Counted from the first letter of the stretch, positions 14,910 to 26,291 are shown. The stretch is DNA of 64,000 nt from Escherichia coli (GCF_003018255.1 NZ_CP027440.1), one strand, 5' to 3'. Translations and numbers: made by a program. The notes: generated from the sequence alone by a model not told the origin.

Positions 14910-15332
14910 ATGCTGAAAACAATTTCGCCGTTAATTTCTCCCGAACTATTGAAAGTGCTGGCAGAGATGGGGCATGGAGATGAAATTATTTTTTCCGATG
15001 CTCACTTTCCCGCCCATTCGATGGGACCGCAGGTGATCCGCGCTGATGGCCTGTTGGTGAGCGACTTGCTCCAGGCGATTATCCCGTTATTTGAGCTGGA
15101 CAGTTATGCACCACCGCTGGTGATGATGGCGGCGGTAGAAGGTGACACTCTAGATCCTGAAGTAGAACGACGTTATCGTAATGCGCTTTCACTACAAGCC
15201 CCCTGTCCTGACATCATCCGCATCAATCGTTTTGCGTTTTATGAACGGGCACAAAAAGCCTTTGCGATCGTTATCACAGGCGAACGAGCGAAGTACGGGA
15301 ATATTCTTTTAAAAAAAGGGGTAACACCGTAA
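14910..15332 (+). CDS. fucU: L-fucose mutarotase
   Basis: 140-aa [37 protein letters not shown]... (RbsD/FucU family); start overlaps the fucK stop. Confidence 0.93.
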
Positions 15333-15389
15333 TCTCATACCGGTACGCCCGCATGACGCGGGCGGTTATCGAATGATGGGGTGAAAAAT

Positions 15390-16121
15390 ATGAAAGCGGC
15401 ACGCCAGCAAGCGATAGTCGACCTGCTGCTGAACCATACCAGCCTGACCACGGAAGCTCTCTCTGAACAGCTAAAGGTCAGTAAAGAAACCATTCGTCGC
15501 GATCTCAATGAATTACAGACGCAGGGTAAAATTCTGCGCAATCATGGGCGCGCTAAATATATCCACCGTCAAAATCAAGACAGTGGCGATCCCTTTCACA
15601 TCCGGCTGAAAAGCCATTATGCGCATAAAGCAGATATCGCGCGCGAGGCGCTCGCGTGGATTGAAGAAGGGATGGTAATAGCCTTAGACGCAAGTTCAAC
15701 CTGCTGGTATCTGGCACGCCAGTTGCCTGACATCAACATCCAGGTCTTCACCAATAGCCATCCGATTTGCCATGAACTCGGTAAACGCGAACGCATTCAA
15801 CTGATCAGTTCCGGCGGCACACTTGAGCGCAAATATGGTTGTTACGTCAATCCCTCGCTGATTTCCCAGCTTAAATCGCTGGAAATCGATCTGTTTATTT
15901 TTTCTTGTGAAGGGATCGATAGCAGCGGCGCACTGTGGGACTCCAATGCCATCAACGCTGATTACAAATCGATGCTATTAAAACGTGCCGCGCAATCGTT
16001 GTTATTGATTGATAAAAGTAAATTTAATCGTTCAGGGGAAGCCCGCATCGGGCATCTGGATGAGGTCACGCACATTATTTCTGATGAGCGCCAGGTTGCA
16101 GCTTCTTTGGTAACAGCCTGA
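15390..16121 (+). CDS. fucR: DeoR-family L-fucose operon activator
   Basis: MKAARQQAIVDLLLNHTSLTTEALSEQLKVSKETIRRDLNEL (helix-turn-helix plus DeoR C-terminal domain), 243 aa from ATG 15390; the track begins at GTG 15381. Confidence 0.92.
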   Translation: MKAARQQAIVDLLLNHTSLTTEALSEQLKVSKETIRRDLNELQTQGKILRNHGRAKYIHRQNQDSGDPFHIRLKSHYAHKADIAREALAWIEEGMVIALDASSTCWYLARQLPDINIQVFTNSHPICHELGKRERIQLISSGGTLERKYGCYVNPSLISQLKSLEIDLFIFSCEGIDSSGALWDSNAINADYKSMLLKRAAQSLLLIDKSKFNRSGEARIGHLDEVTHIISDERQVAASLVTA

Positions 16122-16164
16122 CGGAAAGGATAGCAGGCCGGAAACGACGCCCCGGCCTTGCCTG

Positions 16165-17265
16165 TTATCGCTCGTCGCGACGACCACCCACCGCAGCCCA
16201 GATACGGCGGACGTGCACCGTCACTTCTTCGCGATCGTGATACAACTGCCGCGCCTGAATCTGAGCATTTATGCCATGTTCATCAAGCTGTGCCTGAATA
16301 TACGCCAGATTGTGTGACACTTCTTCGTAGCGTTTTTTCATCGGCAGTTTGAGGTTGAAAATGGTTTCACGGCACCAGCCATTAACCAGCCACTGCGCCA
16401 TCAATGCCGCAACTTTCGCCGGTTTTTCAACCATATCGCATACCATCCAGGAGATATTGCTGCGTGTCGGACGGAATTTGAAACCGTCTTCCCGCAGCCA
16501 CGTCACCTGTCCGGTATCCATCAGACTTTGCGCCATCGGGCCGTTGTCGACGGAATAAACCCACATGTTGCGCTTCACCAGTTGGTAGGTCCAGCCGCCT
16601 GGGCAAGCGCCTAAATCCACCGCCCACATCCCGTTCGCCAGGCGTTCATCCCACTCATCCGCAGGAATAAACACATGAAATGCCTCTTCCAGTTTGAGCG
16701 TGGAACGACTCGGCGCATCTGCCGGAAATTTCAGGCGCGGAATGCCCATATAGAACGGCGAATTATTGTTGCTGTATGAGTAACCGGTATAGCAGCAGCC
16801 TGGTGCAATAAAGAATACATGCACAACCGGACGCTTCGGCGTTTCATAGTTCGCCAGCACACCCGCATCGCGCAAGGCAGCGCGTAGCGGCACGGTGAAT
16901 TTACGGCAGAATTTCAGCAACTCTTTGCTTTCGTTGGTATCGGCAACTTCAACACGCAGTTCACCGCCCTTCTCTACTACACCCTGTAACATGCCGACAA
17001 TGGGGGTAATACGATCTTCTGGCGGCAAATGCTGCAGGAGTTCCCCCACCACAAACCACTGGCGGGCAAAAATTAATGAACTGAACGGCAGCTCACGGAT
17101 TAACTTATCGCCATCATCAGGTTGATAACATTCATAAATGACATAACCCGCATTCTCTTTCACGCGGGCAAAACCGAAAATTTCCCGCTGGCCGGCTTTA
17201 TCGGTAATTTCTGCGGCGCACTCTTTTTCAAAGCCCGGACGGCACAGCAATACAACCTTATTCAT
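16165..17265 (-). CDS. rlmM: 23S rRNA 2'-O-ribose C2498 methyltransferase
   Basis: 366-aa [50 protein letters not shown]...; matches YgdE/RlmM. Confidence 0.93.
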
Positions 17266-17653
17266 GACTTACGCCCTTGCGCTTTAAACGGATAGCACCA
17301 ACTAACATTAACGCCCAGCCCGCAAGGAAGCTCACGCCGCCAACCGGTGTGACAAACGCCCACAAACGCAGATGGGACAGCGCCAGGCAATAAAGGCTGC
17401 CGCTGAACAGCACCGTGCCTAACGCGAGGAAAACGCTACTCCAGTAAAACCAGATACTGATGCGACGCTGCATTGCCACCGCCAGACCTAAGATCGCCAG
17501 CGTATGAAACGCCTGGTATTCGAGGCCGGTCTGGATCCAGCCCATCTCAACGGCCCCCATGGTTTTACTTAACACATGCGCGCCAAAAGCGCCCAGAGCT
17601 ACAAAAATGAAGCCGCTAATGGCGGCGAAAATCAGCATAAAACGGCTGGTCAT
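17258..17653 (-). CDS. ygdD: DUF423 inner-membrane protein
   Basis: 131-aa hydrophobic [33 protein letters not shown]...; overlaps the rlmM start by 8 nt. Confidence 0.88.
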
Positions 17654-17671
17654 GGTCGTACCCTACGTAAA

Positions 17672-18589
17672 TTATTGTTCATAACGAAAGCGGAATTTTT
17701 CTTGTTCAGCAGCGGCTTTCGCCAGGATCCATTGGCGAAAGGCGGCTATTTTACCCAGTTCTGCCTGGCTGTCATGACAAACCAGATAAAAAGCGTTTTT
17801 ACTGACCAGAACATCATTAAACGGGCAAACAAGACGTCCGGCCTCAATTTCAGATTGCGCCATCACGTTATTTGCCAGCGCCACTCCCTGCCCGTGGATA
17901 GCCGCTTGCAGCACCATGGCGCTATGGCTAAAAATTGGCCCTTGCTGAACGTTGATATGATTTAACCCCAACTGTCGGGTATATGTCTGCCAGTCACGAC
18001 GCGACGCATCATGTAATAACGTATGTTTAGCCAGATCTTCCGGGGTCTTCAAGGGTTTTTCGCCAGTCAGCAGTAGCGGCGAACACACCGGCAATAAATA
18101 TTCGGCGTAAAGTTTTTCCACCCGTAGCCCCGGCCAGTTGCCCCGACCATAAAATATCGCCACATCAACATCATCCGCCAGCTTATCTTCCTGACGATCA
18201 ACCGCCTGGATTCGAACGTCAATTCCCGGATAAGCTGAATTAAAGCTGGAAAGTCGCGGAACCAACCAATGAATGGCGAAACTGGGGAGTAAACTGACCG
18301 TCAACGCCCCCTTAGCGCTACGGGCCTGGAGTTTACGCGTCGCTTCGGTTAATTGCGAAAATATCTCTTTGATATCGAGGAAATAGCTTTGCCCTTCCTC
18401 GGTCAGCAGGAGTGAACGATTACGGCGGCGGAACAGTTTTAGCCCCAGAAAATCCTCAAGAGACTTGATTTGATGACTTACTGCGGCCTGGGTCACAAAA
18501 AGCTCTTCTGCTGCGCGAGTGAAACTTAAATGGCGTGCTGCGGCATCAAAAACTCGTAAGGCATTTAGCGGTGGTAATCGTTTAGACAT
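17672..18589 (-). CDS. gcvA: LysR-family glycine cleavage system transcriptional activator
   Basis: 305-aa ORF MSKRLPPLNALRVFDAAARHLSFTRAAEELFVTQAAVSHQIKSLE... (LysR helix-turn-helix). Confidence 0.95.
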   Translation of the reverse strand: MSKRLPPLNALRVFDAAARHLSFTRAAEELFVTQAAVSHQIKSLEDFLGLKLFRRRNRSLLLTEEGQSYFLDIKEIFSQLTEATRKLQARSAKGALTVSLLPSFAIHWLVPRLSSFNSAYPGIDVRIQAVDRQEDKLADDVDVAIFYGRGNWPGLRVEKLYAEYLLPVCSPLLLTGEKPLKTPEDLAKHTLLHDASRRDWQTYTRQLGLNHINVQQGPIFSHSAMVLQAAIHGQGVALANNVMAQSEIEAGRLVCPFNDVLVSKNAFYLVCHDSQAELGKIAAFRQWILAKAAAEQEKFRFRYEQ

Positions 18590-18717
18590 GGCTTTTAAAC
18601 TTTGATGTTAAATGAATTTAACAATTAGATTACACTATGTAACCTATTAGTTTTTTTAATCTGAGCCATTATAAATTGTCCGTTGAGCTTCTACCAGCAA
18701 ATACCTATAGTGGCGGC

Positions 18718-18923
18718 ACTTCCTGAGCCGGAACGAAAAGTTTTATCGGAATGCGTGTTCTGGTGAACTTTTGGCTTACGGTTGTGATGTTGTGTTGTTG
18801 TGTTTGCAATTGGTCTGCGATTCAGACCATGGTAGCAAAGCTACCTTTTTTCACTTCCTGTACATTTACCCTGTCTGTCCATAGTGATTAATGTAGCACC
18901 GCCTAATTGCGGTGCTTTTTTTT
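18718..18923 (+). ncRNA. gcvB: GcvB small RNA (Hfq-dependent)
   Basis: Divergent from gcvA. Sequence ACTTCCTGAGCCGGAACGAAAAGTTTTATCGG...GTTGTGATGTTGTGTTGTTGTGTTTGC (G/U-rich R1 region) ending in hairpin GCACCGCCTAATTGCGGTGC plus T8 (18916-18923). About 206 nt. Confidence 0.9.
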
Positions 18924-18939
18924 ACCTTGCGATCGCGAA

Positions 18940-19167
18940 TTACTGATCCAGTTCGACCATCTCTTTCACGTCGGTACGGTTGATCTGCTGTTTGTTGCCA
19001 TTAGCGTCTTTATACGAAATCATACCGGTATCGTTATCAGTCTGTGGTTTGCCGTCAGAGACGATGGTACGTCCGTCATTGGTGTGCATCACATAGTTCG
19101 AACCGGAACAGGCGCTCAGGGCAAAAGTCAGCATACAGGCAGAAATAATTGCGGCAGTCTTTTTCAT
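18940..19167 (-). CDS. ygdI: DUF903 lipoprotein
   Basis: 75-aa [35 protein letters not shown]... with signal peptide and lipobox LSAC; start at the second Met of the track ORF. Confidence 0.88.
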   Translation of the reverse strand: MKKTAAIISACMLTFALSACSGSNYVMHTNDGRTIVSDGKPQTDNDTGMISYKDANGNKQQINRTDVKEMVELDQ

Positions 19168-19358
19168 CATCTTCTCCTTAAAGCGATTAATAAATCTTAA
19201 TAGTATTGATTAACAGGCTAAAATTAACGCCTAACACTATTCAGCATATGTTACTGACGCGGCTTCGCCAGGATATCCAGATAATTCTGATGGTTAGCAC
19301 TCTCCTTGTATCAAAGTGAATTTTGCGTCACGATCGGTGCATCAAGCCGAGGAGTACC

Positions 19359-20564
19359 ATGAACGTTTTTAATCCCGCGCAGTTTCGCGCCCAGTTTCCC
19401 GCGCTACAGGATGCGGGCGTCTATCTCGACAGCGCCGCGACCACGCTTAAACCTGAAGCCGTGGTTGAAGCCACCCGACAGTTTTACAGCCTGAGCGCCG
19501 GAAACGTCCATCGCAGCCAGTTTGCCGAAGCCCAACGCCTGACCGCGCGTTATGAAGCTGCACGGGAGAAAGTGGCGCAATTACTGAATGCACCAGATGA
19601 CAAAACTATCGTCTGGACGCGCGGCACCACTGAATCCATCAACATGGTGGCGCAATGCTATGCGCGTCCGCATCTGCAACCGGGCGATGAGATTATTGTC
19701 AGCGTGGCAGAACACCACGCCAACCTCGTCCCCTGGCTGATGGTCGCCCAACAAACTGGAGCCAAAGTGGTGAAATTGCCGCTTAATGCGCAGCGACTGC
19801 CGGATGTCGATTTGTTGCCAGAACTGATCACACCTCGTAGTCGAATTCTTGCTCTGGGACAAATGTCGAACGTCACTGGCGGTTGCCCGGATCTGGCGCG
19901 AGCGATTACCTTTGCTCATTCAGCCGGGATGGTGGTGATGGTTGATGGTGCTCAGGGGGCGGTGCATTTCCCCGCGGATGTTCAGCAACTGGATATTGAT
20001 TTCTATGCTTTTTCAGGTCACAAACTGTATGGCCCGACAGGTATCGGCGTGCTGTATGGCAAATCAGAACTGCTGGAAGCGATGTCGCCCTGGCTGGGCG
20101 GCGGCAAAATGGTTCACGAAGTGAGTTTTGACGGCTTCACGACTCAATCTGCGCCGTGGAAACTGGAAGCTGGAACGCCAAATGTCGCTGGTGTCATAGG
20201 ATTAAGCGCGGCGCTGGAATGGCTGGCAGATTACGATATCAACCAGGCCGAAAGCTGGAGCCGTAGCTTAGCAACGCTGGCGGAAGATGCGCTGGCAAAA
20301 CGTCCTGGCTTCCGCTCATTTCGCTGCCAGGATTCCAGCCTGCTGGCCTTTGATTTTGCTGGCGTTCATCACAGCGATATGGTGACGCTGCTGGCGGAGT
20401 ACGGTATTGCCCTGCGGGCCGGGCAGCATTGCGCTCAGCCGCTACTGGCAGAATTAGGCGTAACCGGCACACTGCGCGCCTCATTTGCGCCATATAATAC
20501 AAAGAGTGATGTGGATGCGCTGGTGAATGCCGTTGACCGCGCGCTGGAATTATTGGTGGATTAA
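19359..20564 (+). CDS. csdA: Cysteine desulfurase / sulfinate desulfinase (PLP-dependent)
   Basis: 401 aa from ATG 19359 ([35 protein letters not shown]...); the track's 19323 start adds 12 non-native residues. Confidence 0.93.
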   Translation: MNVFNPAQFRAQFPALQDAGVYLDSAATTLKPEAVVEATRQFYSLSAGNVHRSQFAEAQRLTARYEAAREKVAQLLNAPDDKTIVWTRGTTESINMVAQCYARPHLQPGDEIIVSVAEHHANLVPWLMVAQQTGAKVVKLPLNAQRLPDVDLLPELITPRSRILALGQMSNVTGGCPDLARAITFAHSAGMVVMVDGAQGAVHFPADVQQLDIDFYAFSGHKLYGPTGIGVLYGKSELLEAMSPWLGGGKMVHEVSFDGFTTQSAPWKLEAGTPNVAGVIGLSAALEWLADYDINQAESWSRSLATLAEDALAKRPGFRSFRCQDSSLLAFDFAGVHHSDMVTLLAEYGIALRAGQHCAQPLLAELGVTGTLRASFAPYNTKSDVDALVNAVDRALELLVD

Positions 20565-21007
20565 TGACAAACCCGCAATTCGCCGGACATCCGTTCGGCA
20601 CAACCGTAACCGCAGAAACGTTACGCAATACCTTCGCACCGTTGACGCAATGGGAAGATAAATATCGCCAGTTGATCATGCTGGGGAAACAGCTTCCGGC
20701 TTTGCCAGAGGAGTTAAAAGCGCAGGCTAAAGAGATTGCCGGATGCGAAAACCGCGTCTGGCTGGGATATACAGTGGCTGAAAACGGCAAGATGCATTTC
20801 TTTGGCGACAGCGAAGGGCGCATTGTGCGCGGCCTGTTGGCGGTGTTGTTGACTGCCGTTGAGGGGAAAACCGCCGCCGAATTGCAGGCACAGTCGCCGC
20901 TGGCATTGTTTGATGAGCTGGGATTACGTGCGCAACTTAGCGCCTCACGCAGCCAGGGGTTGAATGCGTTAAGCGAGGCGATTATCGCTGCGGCGAAGCA
21001 GGTTTAA
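20564..21007 (+). CDS. csdE: Sulfur acceptor protein CsdE (SufE-like)
   Basis: 147-aa [48 protein letters not shown]...; start overlaps the csdA stop (ATGA). Confidence 0.93.
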   Translation: MTNPQFAGHPFGTTVTAETLRNTFAPLTQWEDKYRQLIMLGKQLPALPEELKAQAKEIAGCENRVWLGYTVAENGKMHFFGDSEGRIVRGLLAVLLTAVEGKTAAELQAQSPLALFDELGLRAQLSASRSQGLNALSEAIIAAAKQV

Positions 21008-21057
21008 GCACAGAACCAGGTCGGATAAGACGTTCGCGTCGCATCCGACCTGATTGT

Positions 21058-21864
21058 TTACCCCTGACGCGCCGCTTTCGCCATCATCTTCTTCAGCGCA
21101 TGAGAAACCGCAACAAAGCCAAAAGTGGCGGTCACCATCGTCGCCGCGCCAAATCCTGAGGCACAATCCATCCGCTTTGGCCCTTCCGCCGTGGCTTTCA
21201 TCGCACAGACGGTGCCGTCTGACTGCGGGTACACCAGCGCTTCGGTAGAGAACACGCAATCCACGCCGAGCTTACCTTTACTGTTTTTCACTACGCCAAA
21301 ATCGCTTTTCAGGCGCTCGCGCAACTTCGCCGCCAACGGGTCCTGAATCGTTTTCGCCAGATCGGTAACCTGAATCTGCGTCGGGTCAATCTGCCCACCA
21401 GCGCCACCGGTCGTGACCAGCGGGATTTTATTGCGCCGACAATAAGCAATCAGCGCCGCTTTGGGCCGTACACTATCAATAGCATCAATCACGTACGAAT
21501 AACCGGCATTCATATATTGCGCTACGTTATCCGGCGTCACGAAGTCATCCACTACTGTTACACGGCACTCCGGGTTAATCTGGCGAATACGCTCCGCCAT
21601 TACTTCCGCTTTTGCCAGCCCGACGTTATCGCGCAGAGCGTGAATTTGCCGATTGGTATTGGTGACGCACACATCATCCATATCGATAAGCGTGATTGCG
21701 CCAATCCCCGTGCGCGCTAGCGCTTCCGCCGCCCAGGAACCGACACCACCGATACCAACCACACAAATATGCGCGTCAGCAAACAGTTGCAATGCTTTTT
21801 CACCATACAGACGCGCTGTGCCACCAAAACGCTGACGCCATGCATCACTAATTACCACAGACAT
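21058..21864 (-). CDS. tcdA: tRNA threonylcarbamoyladenosine dehydratase (E1-like)
   Basis: 268-aa ORF MSVVISDAWRQRFGGTARLYGEKALQLFADAHICVVGIGGVGSW... (ThiF/MoeB Rossmann motif). Confidence 0.92.
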   Translation of the reverse strand: MSVVISDAWRQRFGGTARLYGEKALQLFADAHICVVGIGGVGSWAAEALARTGIGAITLIDMDDVCVTNTNRQIHALRDNVGLAKAEVMAERIRQINPECRVTVVDDFVTPDNVAQYMNAGYSYVIDAIDSVRPKAALIAYCRRNKIPLVTTGGAGGQIDPTQIQVTDLAKTIQDPLAAKLRERLKSDFGVVKNSKGKLGVDCVFSTEALVYPQSDGTVCAMKATAEGPKRMDCASGFGAATMVTATFGFVAVSHALKKMMAKAARQG

Positions 21865-21940
21865 AGCACCTCAGAATTAAAAAGGGTGAGGTTACCCCTC
21901 ACCCTGTCATATCCGTAAAAACGGCATACAGAATATCACA

Positions 21941-23038
21941 TCAGCCGCTAAAGACGTTACCTGCGCCCGGGGCGGTTTTCAGCACCCAGACACGTCCATA
22001 GTGGTTGTACCAACCTGCGCGGTGTCCGGCTTCCGGCCCGATCCCTTGATAGATATCGAAGTGTTGGCCTTTGATTGCGCCACCGACATCCAGCGCCACC
22101 ATCAGACGCAATTCGTACTGACCGTTAAATTTGCCGTTATTATCCAGCAGCGGCACTTCTGCCAGCAAGGTAGTACCTGGCGGAATAATTGAACGATCGG
22201 AGGCAACAGAAGCACGGCCAACCAGCGGCACCGCACTTGCCCCTTTCACCGGTGCAAAAGATTGCGGTTTAAAGAAGACGAAAGACGGGTTCTGTTCCAG
22301 CAGCTCGCGAACCTCCGCTTCACTGTGTGTTTCGCCCCAGTGACGAATCGCCTGCATCGACATATCTTCTTTTTTCACTTCGCCACGGTCGATCAACACC
22401 TTACCAATGCTGCGATAGGCATGACCGTTTTTCCCTGCATAGCTGAAAAAGTTAAGCGGACTGCCATCACCAAAGTCGATATACCCGCTACCCTGCACAT
22501 CCATAATGAAGTTATCCATCAGGGAGTTACTGTAAGCGAGAATATATTTATCACTCAGCGCTCCTGCGTAGATCTCCGCACGAGACGGCAGACGACCACG
22601 TTTTGGCGGCATACGATAAATCGGATACTGGAACTCGCCCTGACGGGTATGGCGCGCCTGAATTACCGGCGTGTAATAGCCTGTAAACTGCACGTTACCA
22701 TAGTTGTCGACACCTTCCATCTGCCAGGCATCAATGCCGAACTGGCGCATATTGCGGGTATCACCGCCTGCGCGCAGCCACTCTTGCACCGCGTTATAAA
22801 CATTACTCTGGTTGCCATACAGACGCGGTGACGAATTACGGATATGGTTAATTTGCTCGGCAAAATCACCGGCATTAATCGGCGCGCCAACGGCATCTGG
22901 CTGGTTCACCAGAGAGAAAGGCTGGGTAAATTTCCCGTCTTTATATTGCTGTCCGCGATCGGTTGGTTTGGAAGAGCAGGCGGCAAGCATTGCCACAACC
23001 GTGCCCATAAGAAGGTACTTTACCCAACGTCCTTTCAT
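21941..23038 (-). CDS. mltA: Membrane-bound lytic murein transglycosylase A
   Basis: 365 aa from ATG 23038 (MKGRWVKYLLMGTVVAMLAACSSKPTDR..., lipobox LAAC). The track ORF (to 23320) is an artefactual upstream extension that reads through the tRNA genes. Confidence 0.93.
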   Translation of the reverse strand: MKGRWVKYLLMGTVVAMLAACSSKPTDRGQQYKDGKFTQPFSLVNQPDAVGAPINAGDFAEQINHIRNSSPRLYGNQSNVYNAVQEWLRAGGDTRNMRQFGIDAWQMEGVDNYGNVQFTGYYTPVIQARHTRQGEFQYPIYRMPPKRGRLPSRAEIYAGALSDKYILAYSNSLMDNFIMDVQGSGYIDFGDGSPLNFFSYAGKNGHAYRSIGKVLIDRGEVKKEDMSMQAIRHWGETHSEAEVRELLEQNPSFVFFKPQSFAPVKGASAVPLVGRASVASDRSIIPPGTTLLAEVPLLDNNGKFNGQYELRLMVALDVGGAIKGQHFDIYQGIGPEAGHRAGWYNHYGRVWVLKTAPGAGNVFSG

Positions 23039-23246
23039 TGTTCTCTTCTTCAGGTTAAAAAATAAGGCGCAACGAAGATAACAAACCACCGCGTTTAATG
23101 AAATGAGCAGCCTCTCCCTGACGCAAATTTTGCACAAAAAATAGGCTTTAGTGATTTGTTTTTGTTCAAAATCATGCCGAATCCGTGATCGGGGTAAAAA
23201 AAAGGTTGCATGAAAACGCGAGCAGAGTATAGTGCGCATCCACGGA

Positions 23247-23323
<77 letters not shown>

Positions 23324-23356
23324 ATTAAAATTTGATGAAGTAAAGCAGTACGGTGA

Positions 23357-23433
<77 letters not shown>

Positions 23434-23466
23434 ATCAAAATTTGATGAAATAAAGCAGTACGGTGA

Positions 23467-23529
<63 letters not shown>

Positions 23530-23543
<14 letters not shown>

Positions 23544-23570
23544 ATTTATTAGAATGCTGACAAACCGCAA
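23530..23570 (+). repeat. Direct repeat copy 1 (tRNA 3' end plus 27 bp flank); att-like
   Basis: ggcccccgcaaccaatttattagaatgctgacaaaccgcaa recurs identically at 50661-50701. Confidence 0.85.
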
Positions 23571-23596
23571 AGCTACTATTGGCTTGCGGTTTTTTC
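23563..23596 (+). terminator. Intrinsic terminator after the tRNA array
   Basis: Stem AACCGCAA (23563-23570) / TTGCGGTT (23584-23591) followed by a T-run (23592-23596). Confidence 0.55.
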
Positions 23597-24174
23597 GTTT
23601 TTACGCTTCCTTACCCGTTTCAGTGAAGCCTGAGACAATGAGTAAACCGTTAATATCCCTCCATCAAAGCCATCCATCTTATTTATATATTAAACATATA
23701 CCCCATTAATGAATTTTATATATTCTATAAATCAATTTATTTTGGTTATGTTAACATTTCAATATCACAACAGGGCGCTACGCTTATATAATCATTGTAC
23801 AAAAAGCACACAACTTTTTAATTAGTAGAAAAATTAATAATTTTTTGTGAAAGCCCGGACAATAAGTTTAATGAATATCTTAATAGGCTCTCATACTACC
23901 CAATTTCTTAAAAGTGCAAATTTGTGAAGCTTACCCTGTTATTATTTTAAGTTTCATGCCAAATTCTCTCACCAGATAATGCCACCCTCTCCCGAAAAAT
24001 AATCAAGAGGCCAAACAATATCTAAAATGATACAACTGTATCTATTCCCCTGAAAAATACATTATTCATTTGTATATTTTCCTCATCATTGCTTTTTATT
24101 TAAATCATCCGATAATCCCCTGAATATAATTATGTCAATAACCATCAGAAAAAGTGGATGATGAGGAAAAGGAT
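23597..24174 (+). promoter_or_regulatory. AT-rich upstream region of the tssB-led T6SS operon (promoter candidate)
   Basis: About 580 bp of strongly AT-rich non-coding DNA immediately upstream of tssB. Individual sites were not mapped. Confidence 0.45.
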
Positions 24175-24675
24175 ATGGCCGACAGTTTCCAGAATGAAGT
24201 TCCCGCCGCTCGTGTAAATATCAAGCTTGATCTGCATACAGGCAATGCTAAAAAGAAAGTTGAACTCCCCCTCAAGCTTCTTGCCGTAGGCGATTACAGT
24301 AACGGAAAAGAGCAACGTCCGCTGTCCGAACGGGACAAGGTTGATATCAATAAAAACAACTTCAACAGCGTCATGGCTGAGTTTTCGCCTGCGGTTAATT
24401 TAACAGTAGAAGATACGCTAAACGGAAACGGTAATGAACAAAATATCGCGCTTGAATTTAAAAGCCTGAAGGATTTTGAACCCGAACAGGTAGCAAAAAA
24501 TATTCCGCAACTTCGTGTATTACTCGCTATGCGCAATTTACTACGTGACCTGAAATCCAATCTGCTGGATAACGCAACGTTTCGCCGTGAACTGGAAAAT
24601 ATCCTGAAAGACCCGACGCTCAGTTCAGAACTGCGTGATGAACTGGCGAAAATTGCGCCGCAGGAGAACGTTTAA
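24175..24675 (+). CDS. tssB: T6SS contractile sheath small subunit TssB (VipA)
   Basis: MADSFQNEVPAARVNIKLDLHTGNAKKKVELPLKLLAVGDYS...; typical TssB N-terminus and size. Start at ATG 24175 with GAGGAAAAGG upstream; the track begins at GTG 24154. Confidence 0.9.
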   Translation: MADSFQNEVPAARVNIKLDLHTGNAKKKVELPLKLLAVGDYSNGKEQRPLSERDKVDINKNNFNSVMAEFSPAVNLTVEDTLNGNGNEQNIALEFKSLKDFEPEQVAKNIPQLRVLLAMRNLLRDLKSNLLDNATFRRELENILKDPTLSSELRDELAKIAPQENV

Positions 24676-24727
24676 CCCGAACGCGTATTCAGGTTAAACC
24701 GGAGAAGAAAGGATCCCTAAAAAGGAA

Positions 24728-26272
24728 ATGCTGATGTCTGTACAACAAGAATATGCCACCTCTGAAACTGCAACACTCACCACCACTGAGTCCGGCGGCG
24801 TTTATCAGTCCCTGTTTGATAAAATTAATTTAACCCCGGTCTCTTCCATTCAGGAAATCGATTTATGGCAAAACAGCGAAACGCTGGCCGATGCTTCACC
24901 CGATGAGCGCGTGACGGCGGCGATCCACGTTCTGCTTTCCTGTCTGGCGAAATCAGGCGAGGACGTGGTTAAACTCGACAAGAGCCTGCTGGATTTTCAT
25001 ATCGACGATTTGGATCAGAAAATCAGTAAACAGCTTGATGCAGTCATGCACCATCCGGAATTCCAGAAAGTCGAGTCGCTCTGGCGCGGCACATGGTTCG
25101 TCGTACAGCGCACCGATTTTCGCAAAAATGTCAAAATTGAACTGCTGGATATCAGTAAAGAACATCTGCGGCAGGACTTTGATGATTCTCCGGAAATCAT
25201 TCAAAGTGGTTTATATCGCCATACATACATTCAGGAATATGATACGCCGGGTGGCGAACCTGTAGCCTCATTAATATCCAGCTATGAATTCGATAACAGC
25301 CCGCAGGATATTGCCCTGCTGCGTAATATTTCCAGAGTCTCTGCTGCATCACATATGCCCTTTATCGGTTCCGTCGGACCGAAGTTCTTCCTTAAAAACT
25401 CGATGGAAGAAGTCGCCGCAATTAAAGATATCGGCAACTATTTTGACCGCGCGGAATATATCAAATGGAAGTCGTTCCGCGATACCGACGACAGCCGCTA
25501 CGTGGGATTAGTGATGCCGCGCGTGCTGGGCCGTCTGCCCTATGGCCCGGACACGGTGCCGGTACGCAGCTTTAACTATGTGGAAGAGGTCAAAGGCCCG
25601 GATCACGAAAAGTACCTCTGGACAAACGCCTCGTTTGCCTTTGCCGCCAATATGGTGAAGAGTTTTGTGAATAATGGCTGGTGTGTGCAGATCCGTGGTC
25701 CGCAGGCGGGTGGCGCAGTAGCCGATCTGCCGATCCATCTTTACGATCTCGGCACCGGCAATCAGGTCAAAATTCCGTCCGAAGTGATGATCCCGGAAAC
25801 CCGCGAGTTTGAGTTCGCCAACCTTGGCTTTATCCCGCTCTCTTATTATAAGAATCGCGATTACGCCTGCTTCTTCTCAGCGAACTCTGCCCAGAAACCG
25901 GCGCTGTATGATACCGCTGACGCCACCGCCAACAGCCGTATCAACGCCCGTTTGCCCTATATCTTCCTGCTGTCCCGCATTGCTCACTACCTGAAAATCA
26001 TTCAGCGCGAGAATATCGGCACCACCAAAGACAGACGCGTGCTGGAACTGGAGCTGAACACCTGGATCCGCACGCTGGTGACGGAAATGACCGATCCGGG
26101 CGATGAACTTCAGGCTTCGCATCCACTGCGCGACGGGAAAGTTATCGTCGAGGACATAGAGGACAATCCGGGCTTTTTCCGCGTCAGACTCTTTGCCGTG
26201 CCGCATTTCCAGATCGAAGGGATGGACGTCAACCTTTCTCTGGTTTCCCAGATGCCAAAAGCAAAAGCCTGA
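24728..26272 (+). CDS. tssC: T6SS contractile sheath large subunit TssC (VipB)
   Basis: 514-aa ORF immediately downstream of tssB; size and position typical of TssC. True start may be the third codon (ATG 24734). Confidence 0.9.
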   Translation: MLMSVQQEYATSETATLTTTESGGVYQSLFDKINLTPVSSIQEIDLWQNSETLADASPDERVTAAIHVLLSCLAKSGEDVVKLDKSLLDFHIDDLDQKISKQLDAVMHHPEFQKVESLWRGTWFVVQRTDFRKNVKIELLDISKEHLRQDFDDSPEIIQSGLYRHTYIQEYDTPGGEPVASLISSYEFDNSPQDIALLRNISRVSAASHMPFIGSVGPKFFLKNSMEEVAAIKDIGNYFDRAEYIKWKSFRDTDDSRYVGLVMPRVLGRLPYGPDTVPVRSFNYVEEVKGPDHEKYLWTNASFAFAANMVKSFVNNGWCVQIRGPQAGGAVADLPIHLYDLGTGNQVKIPSEVMIPETREFEFANLGFIPLSYYKNRDYACFFSANSAQKPALYDTADATANSRINARLPYIFLLSRIAHYLKIIQRENIGTTKDRRVLELELNTWIRTLVTEMTDPGDELQASHPLRDGKVIVEDIEDNPGFFRVRLFAVPHFQIEGMDVNLSLVSQMPKAKA

Positions 26273-26291
26273 TCGGGCGGTGGTGTGATGT

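Noticed and set aside
16122-16164. GC-rich stem-loop (AGGCCGG...CCGGCCT) between convergent fucR and rlmM
   Set aside because: Plausible bidirectional terminator, but it lacks a clear T-run on either strand, so it is not reported as a feature.
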